Positions 54,769-64,000 of a stretch of 64,000 nucleotides of DNA are shown here, one piece after another (positions within the stretch are counted from its first letter, which is position 1; each line of letters starts with the position of its first letter). The DNA lies in assembly GCA_965215125.1 (NCBI GenBank), contig OZ244052.1:1834068-1898067 (forward strand), written 5' to 3'. The notes under the pieces were generated by a model. That model had not been told where the DNA came from and did no database searches. It saw only the letters and a program-made list of their open reading frames with translations. This DNA is from an uncultured candidatus Porisulfidus sp. (GTDB lineage Bacteria; Pseudomonadota; Gammaproteobacteria; Poriferisulfidales; Oxydemutatoraceae). The translations under genes and the position numbers were made by a program.

Positions 54769-55137
54769 ATGAAAGCACTTTTACTTATTGCACACGGTAG
54801 CAACCGGCAATATTCAAACGATGAAATCCGTAGTTTGACGGATAAATTAAGAGCCAAGATAAAGACACATTTCGATCGTGTAGATTGCGTGTTTTTGGAA
54901 CTTAGCGAACCTTCCATAGCCGATGGCATACAACGATGTGCCGCCGACGGCATCGACGAAGTAACCTTGTTGCCTTATTTTTTATCGGCGGGCAAGCATA
55001 TTGCCGAGGACATTCCCGGAATAGTGGCCGAGCAACGCGAGCGTTATCCACATATCAGCATGCAGATATGCGACTATGTCGGCAAGCAGCCCGAAATGGA
55101 AGATTTATTGAAACGCATCGCATTGCACCATGAATGA
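54769..55137 (+). CDS. CbiX/SirB-type small sirohydrochlorin chelatase
   Basis: MKALLLIAHGSNRQ…; 122 aa short-form CbiX fold with the characteristic LLPYFLSAGKH. Confidence 0.75.
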   Translation: MKALLLIAHGSNRQYSNDEIRSLTDKLRAKIKTHFDRVDCVFLELSEPSIADGIQRCAADGIDEVTLLPYFLSAGKHIAEDIPGIVAEQRERYPHISMQICDYVGKQPEMEDLLKRIALHHE

Positions 55138-55537
55138 AATGCAAACTACGACGGATAATCGGTCAATCAAAAGCTGGTTCATTTTGCTGATCGGGCATCT
55201 CTCTTTACTATTCGGGTTGATCGCATTAATATTACCGGTGATTCCGACTTCACCTTTTTTGGTGGTCGCCGCCGCCTGCTATGCGCGCACTTCACCTAGA
55301 TTTCGCAAACTCATTATAGAGAATCGCCATGTGGGACCGGCAATACTCGAATGGGAGCGTAATAAATGCTTGGAACTCAAACATAAGATTTTATTCGTTT
55401 TGATACTGGCGATAGCGTTTTCCTCGTCTGCATTTCTATTTATGGAAACGCAATTTGCGAGGCTGATCATGTTAAGTGTGGGTTTGATTGCAATCGTTTA
55501 TGTAAGTTCTATAAAAACATGCAAGCAAAATCAGTGA
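55130..55537 (+). CDS. ybaN: Inner-membrane protein YbaN (DUF454)
   Basis: LLFGLIALILPVIPTSPFLVVAAACYARTSPRFRKLI; 135 aa. Confidence 0.75.
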   Translation: MNEMQTTTDNRSIKSWFILLIGHLSLLFGLIALILPVIPTSPFLVVAAACYARTSPRFRKLIIENRHVGPAILEWERNKCLELKHKILFVLILAIAFSSSAFLFMETQFARLIMLSVGLIAIVYVSSIKTCKQNQ

Positions 55538-55583
55538 CGATATTAAAAAACCTTGCATAGCGCGAGACAGGGGATAAATAGCG

Positions 55584-56723
55584 ATGGAAGAAAACGCAGT
55601 CTACATTCCTCCGGCAACAAAGTGTATCAAATTGTCCGGCGATTACGGAACCAGCGACTTTTTAATGTACCGAGGCGGACGATTGCCCGAAGTGCAAGTT
55701 GCATACGAAGCCTGGGGTGAGTTGTCGCCTAATCACGACAATGTCGTATTGCTATTCACCGGCTTGTCGCCGACTGCACACGCCTGCTCGTCGCCCCAGG
55801 ATACTTCCATCGGATGGTGGGAATATGTAGTAGGTCCGAACAAGCCCATAGATACCAACCACTTTTATGTAATCTGCGTCAATTCTCTAGGAAGTTGCTT
55901 CGGTTCCACATCGCCGAGATCGGTCAATCCACAGACCGGTAAAGCATACGGTATTGATTTTCCCGAACTGAGTATAGAGGATATCGCAAAATCCGCGCAC
56001 CATGCGCTGAATGATCTGGGAATAGACCATTTATTCGCGGTGGTCGGTGCTTCTATGGGTGGAATGAGTGCTCTGGCTTATGCGTTGCAGTATCCGGAAG
56101 AGTTGGATTATTTTGTTTGTATTTCTGCTGCGGCCAGAGCGTTACCTTTTACCATTGCGGTGCGTTCTTTGCAGCGAGAGATCATACGCTGTGATCCGAA
56201 CTGGAACGGCGGCGACTATCCTATGGATGACGAGCCTAGTTGTGGGATGGTATTGGCGAGAAAACTGGGTCTGATGTCGTATCGCTCGGCTTCCGAATGG
56301 CGTCATCGCTTTAACCGAGCTAGAGTTTCCGCCAAGCGACATTCACCTAAGCCATTCGGTTTAGAGTTTGAGATAGAGTCTTATTTGGATTACAACGCCA
56401 GAAAATTTGTTTCTCAGTTTGATGCAAATTGCTATCTTTATTTATCGCGCGCAATGGACTTGTTCGATGTTGCGGAACACGGTGGTTCGGTCAATGCCGG
56501 ACTTGCGCAAATACATGCCAAGCACTCTTTGATTATCGGGGTCGGCACCGATATACTGTTTCCTTTGGAGCAACAACGCGAAATCGCCGAAGGTCTTCAA
56601 AAAGCCGGCAAGTCGGTAGACTTGGTTGAACTGGACTCAAGCTACGGACACGACTCCTTTCTCATAGATGCTGAGCATTTTTCACCGATAATCAAAAACT
56701 TTTTCGACGGCATCAAATTATGA
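55584..56723 (+). CDS. metX: Homoserine O-acyltransferase MetX (alpha/beta hydrolase)
   Basis: VAYEAWGELSPNHDNVVLLFTGLSPTAHA…; nucleophile elbow GASMGGMSALAY; catalytic D/H near the C-terminus. Confidence 0.9.
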   Translation: MEENAVYIPPATKCIKLSGDYGTSDFLMYRGGRLPEVQVAYEAWGELSPNHDNVVLLFTGLSPTAHACSSPQDTSIGWWEYVVGPNKPIDTNHFYVICVNSLGSCFGSTSPRSVNPQTGKAYGIDFPELSIEDIAKSAHHALNDLGIDHLFAVVGASMGGMSALAYALQYPEELDYFVCISAAARALPFTIAVRSLQREIIRCDPNWNGGDYPMDDEPSCGMVLARKLGLMSYRSASEWRHRFNRARVSAKRHSPKPFGLEFEIESYLDYNARKFVSQFDANCYLYLSRAMDLFDVAEHGGSVNAGLAQIHAKHSLIIGVGTDILFPLEQQREIAEGLQKAGKSVDLVELDSSYGHDSFLIDAEHFSPIIKNFFDGIKL

Positions 56724-57013
56724 TTCGTTATTGTAACTGTTGCGTGTAATACCGGCGGTCGTCGTTTCTGTGGTCAAAGCCGCATGGCGTATTATTTCAC
56801 AATCCAACCGTCGGGCACCTTTTATATACTCGAATACAACCGTTCATCGGATAATGAATTCTCGGGCTTTGATATCGGCTAATATTTGGAAAGGTTGTGT
56901 GTACAAGAACTATTTACAATTTTTGAGCAATGGGAGAAAATGGTGTCTAAATTGTTGAAACTTATAAGCATGGTAAAGAAACGATGGATAAATACATCCA
57001 ACAAGGATAAGAC

Positions 57014-58096
57014 ATGAGTTCTTTTGTAGAATTAGAAAAATCTAAAAAGGGTCTTTCACATAAAAGCCGGATGAATTGCCTGATAGATTCAATACAGTGT
57101 GGAGATGCCGCTTTTTTACTGAAACAGTTACCGGATAATAGTATTGATTTAGTAGTGACATCCCCACCGTACTATATGCAGCGAAATTATAACGGGACAG
57201 GGATCGGGACCGGGCATGAAAAAACAGTTGAGTCTTATATTGACTCCCTACTTGAAGTATTTTCGGAAATTGTCAGGGTAGTAAAGCCTTCGGGAAATAT
57301 CGTTTATAACATCGGTGATAAATATCTGAATGGTTCACTTTTACTTGTGCCGTACAGATTTGCCGTAAAAGCAACTAATGACCATAGTGTGAAGCTTGTC
57401 AATGAAATAACTTGGGTAAAGAGAAACCCTACACCGAGGCAGTTCGGGCGGCGTCTGGTAAGTAGCACGGAACCATTTTTTCATTTTGTAAAAGGTGCAA
57501 AATATTATTACAACCCCGATGAATTTTTTAACGAGATAGATGAAAGAAAACGGCATAAGCCTTCAAATAGATTAGGAGAAAGATATAGGACATTGATTGA
57601 AAATTCGGACTTATCTTCGGAACTGAAAAGAAAAGCGCATAAATCTCTCGACGAGGTTATTGAAGAAGTAAAAGAATCTAAGATAGAAGGATTTCGTATG
57701 AAGATTCGCGGAATACACGCAGAGGCTTTCGGGGGGCAAGAAGGGGGGCGTAAAAGCCAGATCGAGAAGAACGGTTACACCATTATTAAAATACATGGAA
57801 AGAAAATGAAAAAGGATGTGATTATTTCGTCGGTTGAGTCAATTCCCGGAAATAAACACAGTGCTATATTTCCTCTCTCAATTATCAAAGAAATTATAAA
57901 ACTGCTTTCACCTAAGAACGGCATCGTTCTAGACCCGTATAGCGGGAGTGGCACAACGGCTATTGCCGCTATGGAAGAAGACTGCCATTATCTGGGTATT
58001 GATATAGACTCCGCTTATTGTGAGCTCTCAAGAAAGCGGTTAGCAGAATGTCAAGCGAGAATGAGCGAACATCAAAAAAAACAACAGTTGTGGTAG
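57014..58096 (+). CDS. Beta-class DNA methyltransferase (motif IV before motif I). The SPPY motif suggests N4-cytosine specificity (N6-adenine not excluded)
   Basis: Motif IV DLVVTSPPYYMQRNY precedes motif I LDPYSGSGTTAIAAMEEDCHYLGIDID. AT-rich relative to flanking genes; SD AAGGATAAG before the ATG. Confidence 0.85.
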   Translation: MSSFVELEKSKKGLSHKSRMNCLIDSIQCGDAAFLLKQLPDNSIDLVVTSPPYYMQRNYNGTGIGTGHEKTVESYIDSLLEVFSEIVRVVKPSGNIVYNIGDKYLNGSLLLVPYRFAVKATNDHSVKLVNEITWVKRNPTPRQFGRRLVSSTEPFFHFVKGAKYYYNPDEFFNEIDERKRHKPSNRLGERYRTLIENSDLSSELKRKAHKSLDEVIEEVKESKIEGFRMKIRGIHAEAFGGQEGGRKSQIEKNGYTIIKIHGKKMKKDVIISSVESIPGNKHSAIFPLSIIKEIIKLLSPKNGIVLDPYSGSGTTAIAAMEEDCHYLGIDIDSAYCELSRKRLAECQARMSEHQKKQQLW

Positions 58097-58177
58097 TCAT
58101 AAAAAAGATTATAGCTTTCTCTAGAGATTAATATAGAAATCATCGCTGAAAGTACTTAAGAGAAAACAGATAATAGA

Positions 58178-59290
58178 ATGTCAAACGAGAACGAAAAAGC
58201 ACTGGACATACTAAATCAAGTACTGGATATTTCACTCTCGGAGCGGACTTGGGCTAATCTTGATAGCGAACATAGATCAAATCTTTCCATTATTGTTGAT
58301 AACGCATGCAAGGGAAATAGTAGATCCGTTCTTGCCGTTGTTATAACATTGATATTGAAAAAAACACTTTCTCCCGAGCAAGATATTCGTTTTCATCAAA
58401 AGAATATGAATCAAGGCTTTTCGGGTAGAGGGCTCGATCAAAGAATAGTGACTCCCTTTTTAAGAAAAAACAAATTTCCCTATATGCAAGCTGGTTCCGG
58501 GTGGTTAACAAGGTCATTAGAGCAAAAGCATCCATATACATACGACTATCCCGGCGTAATTACCCCTCCAAATCTCAAAGAGGCATTTTTAGAAGTCGTC
58601 AATTCGGTGGAAGAGCAGAAAATTTCTGCTAGGGCATGTCTGGCCTATATTCTGCATGAATTAGTAGTTTGGAGAAAAAGACATGCTTCTATTACACTTT
58701 CAAAGCCGACGGGTAGACGAATTGAAGATATTGTGAGTTTTGTTCAAAGACATTGGCAATGTGATATTTCCGGGACGGCACGATTACCCGTACTGGCTGT
58801 TTACGCCGTGTATCAATGCCTCATATCCGAAGTATTTAAGTATAAGAATTGTCGGTTGCTTGAGTTACTCTCTCACACCAGTGCCGATTCTAGAACCGAG
58901 CGGATTGGAGATATTGATATTAAAAGTGGAAATAATACAATCGAATCCGTAGAAATTAAACACAACATAGCTATTACCGTGGAGTTGATAGAACAGTTAA
59001 AAGAAAAAATTGCTGGAGCAGGTCTTAAAACATTTTATATTTTAAGCACTAATGAAAATATACATCCCGATGAGATGAATAAAATAACAAATTTATTATT
59101 GGACATACGCCGAAACTACGGTTGCCAAGTAATAGTAAACGGGGTTTCCTGCACTATTAAGTATTACTTACGTTTATTAATGGATATAGACAGGTTTTTG
59201 TATAAATATGTATCGCTTGTAGAAGCCGACAAAGAACTTGGTTTTGAACTTAAAATCAAGTGGAACGATATAGTAGATGGAATTGAATAA
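58178..59290 (+). CDS. Putative Type II restriction endonuclease (PD-(D/E)xK-like), partner of the upstream methyltransferase; no recognisable family
   Basis: Lies 81 bp downstream of the MTase on the same strand, in the same AT-rich block. Candidate catalytic motif IGDIDIKSGNNTIESVEIKHN (D…E-x-K). Confidence 0.5.
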   Translation: MSNENEKALDILNQVLDISLSERTWANLDSEHRSNLSIIVDNACKGNSRSVLAVVITLILKKTLSPEQDIRFHQKNMNQGFSGRGLDQRIVTPFLRKNKFPYMQAGSGWLTRSLEQKHPYTYDYPGVITPPNLKEAFLEVVNSVEEQKISARACLAYILHELVVWRKRHASITLSKPTGRRIEDIVSFVQRHWQCDISGTARLPVLAVYAVYQCLISEVFKYKNCRLLELLSHTSADSRTERIGDIDIKSGNNTIESVEIKHNIAITVELIEQLKEKIAGAGLKTFYILSTNENIHPDEMNKITNLLLDIRRNYGCQVIVNGVSCTIKYYLRLLMDIDRFLYKYVSLVEADKELGFELKIKWNDIVDGIE

Positions 59291-59299
59291 CTGAAGAGA

Positions 59300-59435
59300 G
59301 AGGTGATATTCTCTGCTACGCCGATTGACCCTGATATATGTAATGTTTTTCATAGACACAATATTTAGATCCCGTACGACGTAACGCCGATTAACCTACT
59401 GGCTTAATCGGCGGTTCCACTCGGCGGTTCCATTA
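59300..59435. repeat. Q-module pair: a 5' half-copy (acgccgattgacc), ~50 bp of unrelated sequence, then a full Q with a partial duplication (ggcggttccactcggcggttcc)
   Basis: acgccgattgaccctgatatatg…cgtaacgccgattaacctactggcttaatcggcggttccactcggcggttcc. Confidence 0.7.
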
Positions 59436-60740
59436 TCTGTCCGATACAGCGATATAATCTCTGCGCGTATAGCCGGTATAGAGCTGTCTGGGTCTACCGA
59501 TACGAGTTAGCGGGTCGCCGAGCATTTCATTCCAATGGCTAACCCAACCGATAGTGCGAGCGATGGCGAAGATGACGGTATACATATCGCGTGGTAAGCC
59601 CATCGCATTGAGGATAATCCCGGAATAGAAATCTACATTCGGATAGAGTTTGCGTGAGATGAAATAGTCGTCTTTTAGTGCGATGTTTTCTAGTTCCTTG
59701 GCGGTATCCAGCAAGGGTTTGTCGGTATAGTCCTTGTTGAGTTCGGATAGCAACTCGTGACAGATAGTACTTATAATTTTTGCGCGTGGATCGTAATTTT
59801 TATAGATGCGATGCCCGAAACCCATTAGCCGAAAATGACTGTTTTTGTCTTTGGCTCTATCTATATAAGACTGCAACGGCTGTCCCGATTCAACTATACT
59901 TTCCAACATGTCTATAACCGCTTCGTTAGCCCCGCCGTGTGCAGGTCCCCACAAAGAGGCAATGCCTGCGACCAAGGCCGCATAAGGATTGGTTTCCGTG
60001 CTACCGCTCAAGCGCACCGTAGAAGTGGAAGCATTCTGTTCGTGGTCTGCGTGCAACAGCAATATCAAATCCATTGCCGCCGTGTATTTTTGGGATAAAG
60101 ACGATTGCGGATTGAAGTCGTCCAGTATCATATCCAAAAACCTTTCGGTATAAGATAAATCGTTGTTCGGTTTTTTGAATTTCTTAGCTTGTTTATAACG
60201 AAGTATGCATGCGGCAATCGTCGGCACTTTGGCGATTAAGCGGTGAGCGGATCGCTCTCGGTATGTTTCGTCGCGAATCGCTAATTCATCATGATACATT
60301 GCAGCGAGATGGCAGAGTGCTGCCATCAACATCGCCATAGGATGTCCGTGTCTATCAAAACCGTTAAGTAACGCGGTTATTTTTTCCATATCTAGGTTTG
60401 CATGTTCGTTCAGACTTGCATTAAAACTTTGCAACTGGTCGGTAGTCGGTAATTCACCGTATAAAATTAAATAACAAACCTCGGGATAATTACTTTTTTC
60501 CGCCAGCTGCTCTATCGGATAACCGCGATAATAGAGTAGCCCGGCATCGCCGTCTATATAAGTGATTTTGCTCTCACAGCTTGCCGTTGAAACAAAACCC
60601 GGGTCAAAAGTAAAATAGCCCAACTGTTCGTAGATAGAACGGATATCGATGATATCCGCACCGCTGGTCGCATCCATAATAGGAAGTTCTATTTCTCTAT
60701 TCGATCGATAATCCTTTAAGTCAACGTTCTTATTTTTCAT
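59433..60740 (-). CDS. gltA: Citrate synthase (type II)
   Basis: LYYRGYPIEQLAE…, GFGHRIYKNYDPRAK, active-site His/Asp context. Confidence 0.95.
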   Translation of the reverse strand: MKNKNVDLKDYRSNREIELPIMDATSGADIIDIRSIYEQLGYFTFDPGFVSTASCESKITYIDGDAGLLYYRGYPIEQLAEKSNYPEVCYLILYGELPTTDQLQSFNASLNEHANLDMEKITALLNGFDRHGHPMAMLMAALCHLAAMYHDELAIRDETYRERSAHRLIAKVPTIAACILRYKQAKKFKKPNNDLSYTERFLDMILDDFNPQSSLSQKYTAAMDLILLLHADHEQNASTSTVRLSGSTETNPYAALVAGIASLWGPAHGGANEAVIDMLESIVESGQPLQSYIDRAKDKNSHFRLMGFGHRIYKNYDPRAKIISTICHELLSELNKDYTDKPLLDTAKELENIALKDDYFISRKLYPNVDFYSGIILNAMGLPRDMYTVIFAIARTIGWVSHWNEMLGDPLTRIGRPRQLYTGYTRRDYIAVSDR

Positions 60741-60922
60741 CGTGTCTTGAGTTATATAATTTTTAGAAATCTTGGTAGTAATGTTTATGAGAGAGAATAG
60801 CTATTATACATCACCCCACACCTGTCGGAGATTTGCATGAATTCACCCCCCTTTACACCGCTGAAGGCAAACCTGAGTTTATCCGACCTACATTCCCATA
60901 TAGAGATGGATACGATAGTTCG

Positions 60923-62263
60923 TTATCTACTCATCGGCACTTTCAATATCTGTCCGATGTGAATAGTATCGGTGCCGAGTCCCGAGAATTGTTTAATGCG
61001 ATTGACTGAGCTGTTGAAACGTCTGGCGATGCCGTAGAGGGTGTCGCCTCGGGCGACGGTGTAGTTGCGTATTGCGGTATGGGCGAGGAGCATATCGGCG
61101 GTCGCGTAGTCGTTTAGGTAGCGTTTGATGCCGGTCATAATATTTTTTGCCAGTTGTATTTGATGGCTATGTTGTCTAAGTAGTTTTTCTTCCTCGGGAT
61201 TGGTGAGATAGCCGAGTTCCACCAGTACCGACGGTACATCGGGGGACTTTAGAACCAGAAAGCCTGCCGATTCTATATTTCTGCTTCTTACATTTTTTCC
61301 GAAGGCATCGAGGATATAGTTGCCGAGTACATTCGCTCGTCCCATCGATGCGGTTTGCGATAAATCCAGAAGTATAGAGGCGAGGGCGTTATCTTTGTCG
61401 TCTATGCTAACACCACCGATAACCGCTTCGTTCTCGCGTTGTGCGAGTATGCGTGTGGCTTCGCTGGACGCACCTTTATCCGATAACACATAGACCGATG
61501 CGCCGCGCACATCGCTGTGATGAAAGGCATCGGCATGTAGCGAGATAAACAGGTCGGCTTGATGGGTGCGCGCAGCCTCCAATCTTCTGCGCAAGTCTAT
61601 GAATCGATCATCGTTGCGCGTCAACAGTGCTTTGATGCCGTATTCTCGGTTGAGCATGCGTTGCAAGGTGATTGCGGTTGATAGTACGATATTTTTTTCT
61701 CGGGTTCCGGACACTCCGATTGCGCCGGGGTCTTTACCGCCGTGTCCGGGGTCTATCATGATCAGTGCTTCGCGCAACCGTGTTTTATCTATTTGTTTTA
61801 CAGTGGCAGGTTTAGCCGGTGGTTCGCCGATTTGTTCGGGGGTGCGGGGTTCGGTGCTAAACCATGTCGGATAGTTCAATTTGAAAGAGAGTTGCACGGT
61901 ATCCGAAGAGAGTGTTTGTAGCGACGATCTCTGTATGCCGGCAACGAGGTCAAAGACGACTCTATAGTGTTTTCCCTCTTTGGGTGCGGTGCGTATGCCT
62001 TTGACAAAAGTATTCTTAATTCCCGACGCAAAGTTTCGTCGGGCAGGCACCGTGTTAAACAGGTCGATTACGAAGCGAGGCGGGTTTGCAAGGATAATGG
62101 TTTTATATTGCGGACGGTTATCAAAGTTTAAGACGATGTGTGTGCTTTGATCTATCTCGTTGATTTGCAGACCGAGCAGTGTTGCTGCGTGTACGCCGCT
62201 AGGAACTATGCACGGCAATGTGCATAGATATAGAAAATATAAGTATCTTATGTATTTACTCAA
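60923..62263 (-). CDS. N-acetylmuramoyl-L-alanine amidase (AmiC-like) with a C-terminal LysM domain
   Basis: Amidase_3 core (IMIDPGHGGKDPGAIG … SLHADA …); C-terminal LysM (YTVARGDTLYGIARRFNSSVNRI). Confidence 0.88.
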   Translation of the reverse strand: MSKYIRYLYFLYLCTLPCIVPSGVHAATLLGLQINEIDQSTHIVLNFDNRPQYKTIILANPPRFVIDLFNTVPARRNFASGIKNTFVKGIRTAPKEGKHYRVVFDLVAGIQRSSLQTLSSDTVQLSFKLNYPTWFSTEPRTPEQIGEPPAKPATVKQIDKTRLREALIMIDPGHGGKDPGAIGVSGTREKNIVLSTAITLQRMLNREYGIKALLTRNDDRFIDLRRRLEAARTHQADLFISLHADAFHHSDVRGASVYVLSDKGASSEATRILAQRENEAVIGGVSIDDKDNALASILLDLSQTASMGRANVLGNYILDAFGKNVRSRNIESAGFLVLKSPDVPSVLVELGYLTNPEEEKLLRQHSHQIQLAKNIMTGIKRYLNDYATADMLLAHTAIRNYTVARGDTLYGIARRFNSSVNRIKQFSGLGTDTIHIGQILKVPMSR

Positions 62264-62721
62264 GACTTAAAATCCTCAATTATTTTTTCCACGGAGTATT
62301 CCGAGTTACTTGTTATTTTAAGCTGTCGCGAGTGTTTTTCTATTGCTAAGTTAATAGATAGTGTGGGTTGGGGTAGCATCGCCTCGGCGCGTTCCGGCCA
62401 TTCAATAACACAAAAGGCGTTGCTTGCGAAGTAGTCACGACCTCCGATTAAGTCAAATTCATAAGGGTCGCAAACCCTATAAAAATCAAAATGATGCACG
62501 AGCAACCGTCCTATAGTATAACTATTTACCAGCGTGAAAGTCGGGCTTTTTACCGCTTGCTTGCAGCCGAGTCCTTGAATCAATCCCTGACACATGGTTG
62601 TCTTGCCTGCTCCCAGCGGACCTTGGAGCCACAGCGAGGTTGCCGGGCGCACGTGTTTTGCAAGGCAAGCACCCAAATATTTCATTGCCGACGCATCTTT
62701 GATATGCAGTTCATAAGTCAT
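62260..62721 (-). CDS. tsaE: tRNA threonylcarbamoyladenosine biosynthesis ATPase TsaE (YjeE)
   Basis: Walker A LWLQGPLGAGKTTMCQGL; 153 aa; overlaps the amidase start. Confidence 0.88.
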   Translation of the reverse strand: MTYELHIKDASAMKYLGACLAKHVRPATSLWLQGPLGAGKTTMCQGLIQGLGCKQAVKSPTFTLVNSYTIGRLLVHHFDFYRVCDPYEFDLIGGRDYFASNAFCVIEWPERAEAMLPQPTLSINLAIEKHSRQLKITSNSEYSVEKIIEDFKS

Positions 62722-62722
62722 C

Positions 62723-64000
62723 TTATCTACTCGTGATAGCCGCCGGTAGATGTTCTATCACGACTTCGGCACTAAAACCACGTGGCGACTTAGCCGCTGC
62801 AAGGTCGCCGGCGCGAGCGTGAGCACAAGTGCCGAGCAGTGCAGCTTTTATTTCGGTGAGTCCTTGTCCTTGTAGCGATGCAATGACACCGCTTAACACA
62901 TCGCCCATGCCGGCACTCGACATACCCGAGTTACCGCCTTCGCATACTACGGTTTGTTCATCGCTTGCAACGACCGTGCCGGCACCTTTGAGTACGCACA
63001 CACCGCCGTAGCACGCATGTATGTTTTGTGCAGCGGCAAAGCGATCCTGCTGTATTTCGTGCGTTGTCGTATGCAATAAATGCGCCGCTTCACCCGGGTG
63101 TGGGGTGAGTATCCAGCGTTCCGATGCGAGTGGGTCTTTCGCTAATAGGTGTAGCGCATCGGCATCCACGATTAGAGGCTTGTCGCTGTCCAAGACTTCG
63201 GCCATTAAGGCGAGTGCCCAAGAATCGATACCTAACCCAGGACCGATTATAACGATGTCGCAATGATTTATTAGTCTTTTTGTCGTCTTCGAACACGCTG
63301 CGTCGTGTGCCATTAACGGTGGACACACCGTAGTGACTGTAGTGCTATTTTGTGCGTGGCTGAGTACGCTGACCAAGCCGGCACCGCTATACAGAGCAGC
63401 TTTACCGGCAAGACAAACAGCCCCCGCCATGCCGTGATTGCCGCCGATTATCAAAACATGACCGAAATCCTTTTTGTGCGTATTGCGCCGGCGGGGCGGT
63501 AGCCATTTGATTGCCTCGTCGTGGTTAAGCAGTCGGCAGTCGGGTTTAATTTGTGCAACGATGTCATCTTGGCTTTGTAGGTCTTCAAAGATAACTTTTC
63601 CGCAATAATTTTTACCGTCGGCGGTGTACATGCCGCGCTTGCGAACAATAAAGCTGACCGTGATGTCGGCGTTTACCGCAATAGGTCGTACGCATCCTCG
63701 GCCTGCATCCAATCCCGAAGGAATGTCCACCGAAAGCACCGGTAGCCGCAGTCGGTTGATTTGTTCTATCCAAGCCAGTGCCGGTTCCGATAAATCTCGG
63801 TTTAAGCCGCTGCCGAACACCGCATCGACGAGTAGGTCGGCTTCAATGGTTTCGTCTGCGCCGATCCTTTCACCGCCGGCGGTAAGATAGGCATTACACG
63901 CTTGCAGTGCGTCGCCTTTGATATTGTTCGTATCGCCGAGTTGACACACTTTGACTTGCCGTCCTGCTCGGCGAAGCAGATCGGCGACGATATAGCCGTC
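62723..64000 (-). CDS. nnr: Bifunctional NAD(P)H-hydrate repair enzyme Nnr (YjeF N- plus C-terminal domains), 5' end beyond the window
   Basis: C-terminal carbohydrate-kinase-like dehydratase domain (GDVLSGVIASLQGQG…) and YjeF_N epimerase domain (DAVFGSGLNRDL). The frame is open to the window edge. Confidence 0.85.
   Translation of the reverse strand, partial: DGYIVADLLRRAGRQVKVCQLGDTNNIKGDALQACNAYLTAGGERIGADETIEADLLVDAVFGSGLNRDLSEPALAWIEQINRLRLPVLSVDIPSGLDAGRGCVRPIAVNADITVSFIVRKRGMYTADGKNYCGKVIFEDLQSQDDIVAQIKPDCRLLNHDEAIKWLPPRRRNTHKKDFGHVLIIGGNHGMAGAVCLAGKAALYSGAGLVSVLSHAQNSTTVTTVCPPLMAHDAACSKTTKRLINHCDIVIIGPGLGIDSWALALMAEVLDSDKPLIVDADALHLLAKDPLASERWILTPHPGEAAHLLHTTTHEIQQDRFAAAQNIHACYGGVCVLKGAGTVVASDEQTVVCEGGNSGMSSAGMGDVLSGVIASLQGQGLTEIKAALLGTCAHARAGDLAAAKSPRGFSAEVVIEHLPAAITSR

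Noticed and set aside
56740-56958. 72-aa ORF upstream of the methyltransferase as a possible controller (C) protein
   Set aside because: No helix-turn-helix motif, no RBS, and an atypical composition; more likely non-coding promoter sequence of the R-M unit

Overview
This window is a chromosomal segment from a proteobacterium with roughly 48% GC, most likely beta- or gammaproteobacterial given DUF4390-ntrY-ntrX-trkA-trkH, murA-hisG…hisD and a short-form hisG. All protein calls were made by eye from the provided translations; no database search was possible.

Housekeeping genes occupy most of it:
- dnaG, gltB
- trkH, trkA, and an NtrY/NtrX two-component pair with a DUF4390 partner
- a fused HyuA/HyuB-type 5-oxoprolinase, argH, tsaC
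- hemF, hemB, aroE
- yajC, secD, secF, hisI, yidD, cysS, rne
- mlaC, murA, hisG, a DAHP synthase, hisD, a Nif3-family protein
- cbiX, ybaN, metX, gltA, an AmiC-like amidase, tsaE, and a partial nnr at the window edge

Accessory content is patchy and is the main source of findings:
- At the left edge is a giant Asp-rich (calcium-binding-type) surface protein, truncated by the window, with an internal ~300-aa duplication and a GlyGly-CTERM/PEP-CTERM-like anchor. An AsmA/YhdP-like protein follows it.
- At about 21.2-22.2 kb is an AT-rich orphan fucosyltransferase-like glycosyltransferase flanked by repeats.
- Between aroE and tRNA-Ser(GGA) sits an island-like block: McrBC, a small membrane protein and copB-copA. 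The McrB N-terminal DNA-binding region is broken by a frameshift and an in-frame TGA, while its GTPase domain and McrC are intact.
- At about 57.0-59.3 kb an AT-rich two-gene unit follows metX. It encodes a beta-class SPPY (N4-cytosine-type) DNA methyltransferase and a 370-aa protein with no recognisable family and a D…E-x-K nuclease-like motif. This looks like an uncharacterised Type II restriction-modification system. It is notable that it shares a genome with McrBC.

At least 11 intergenic loci carry a modular REP/MITE-like repeat family, whose modules are here called P, Q, R and S. The Q hairpin shows compensatory base changes between copies, and the modules occur nested and as tandem arrays. 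One copy is embedded in the 5' end of the oxoprolinase ORF.
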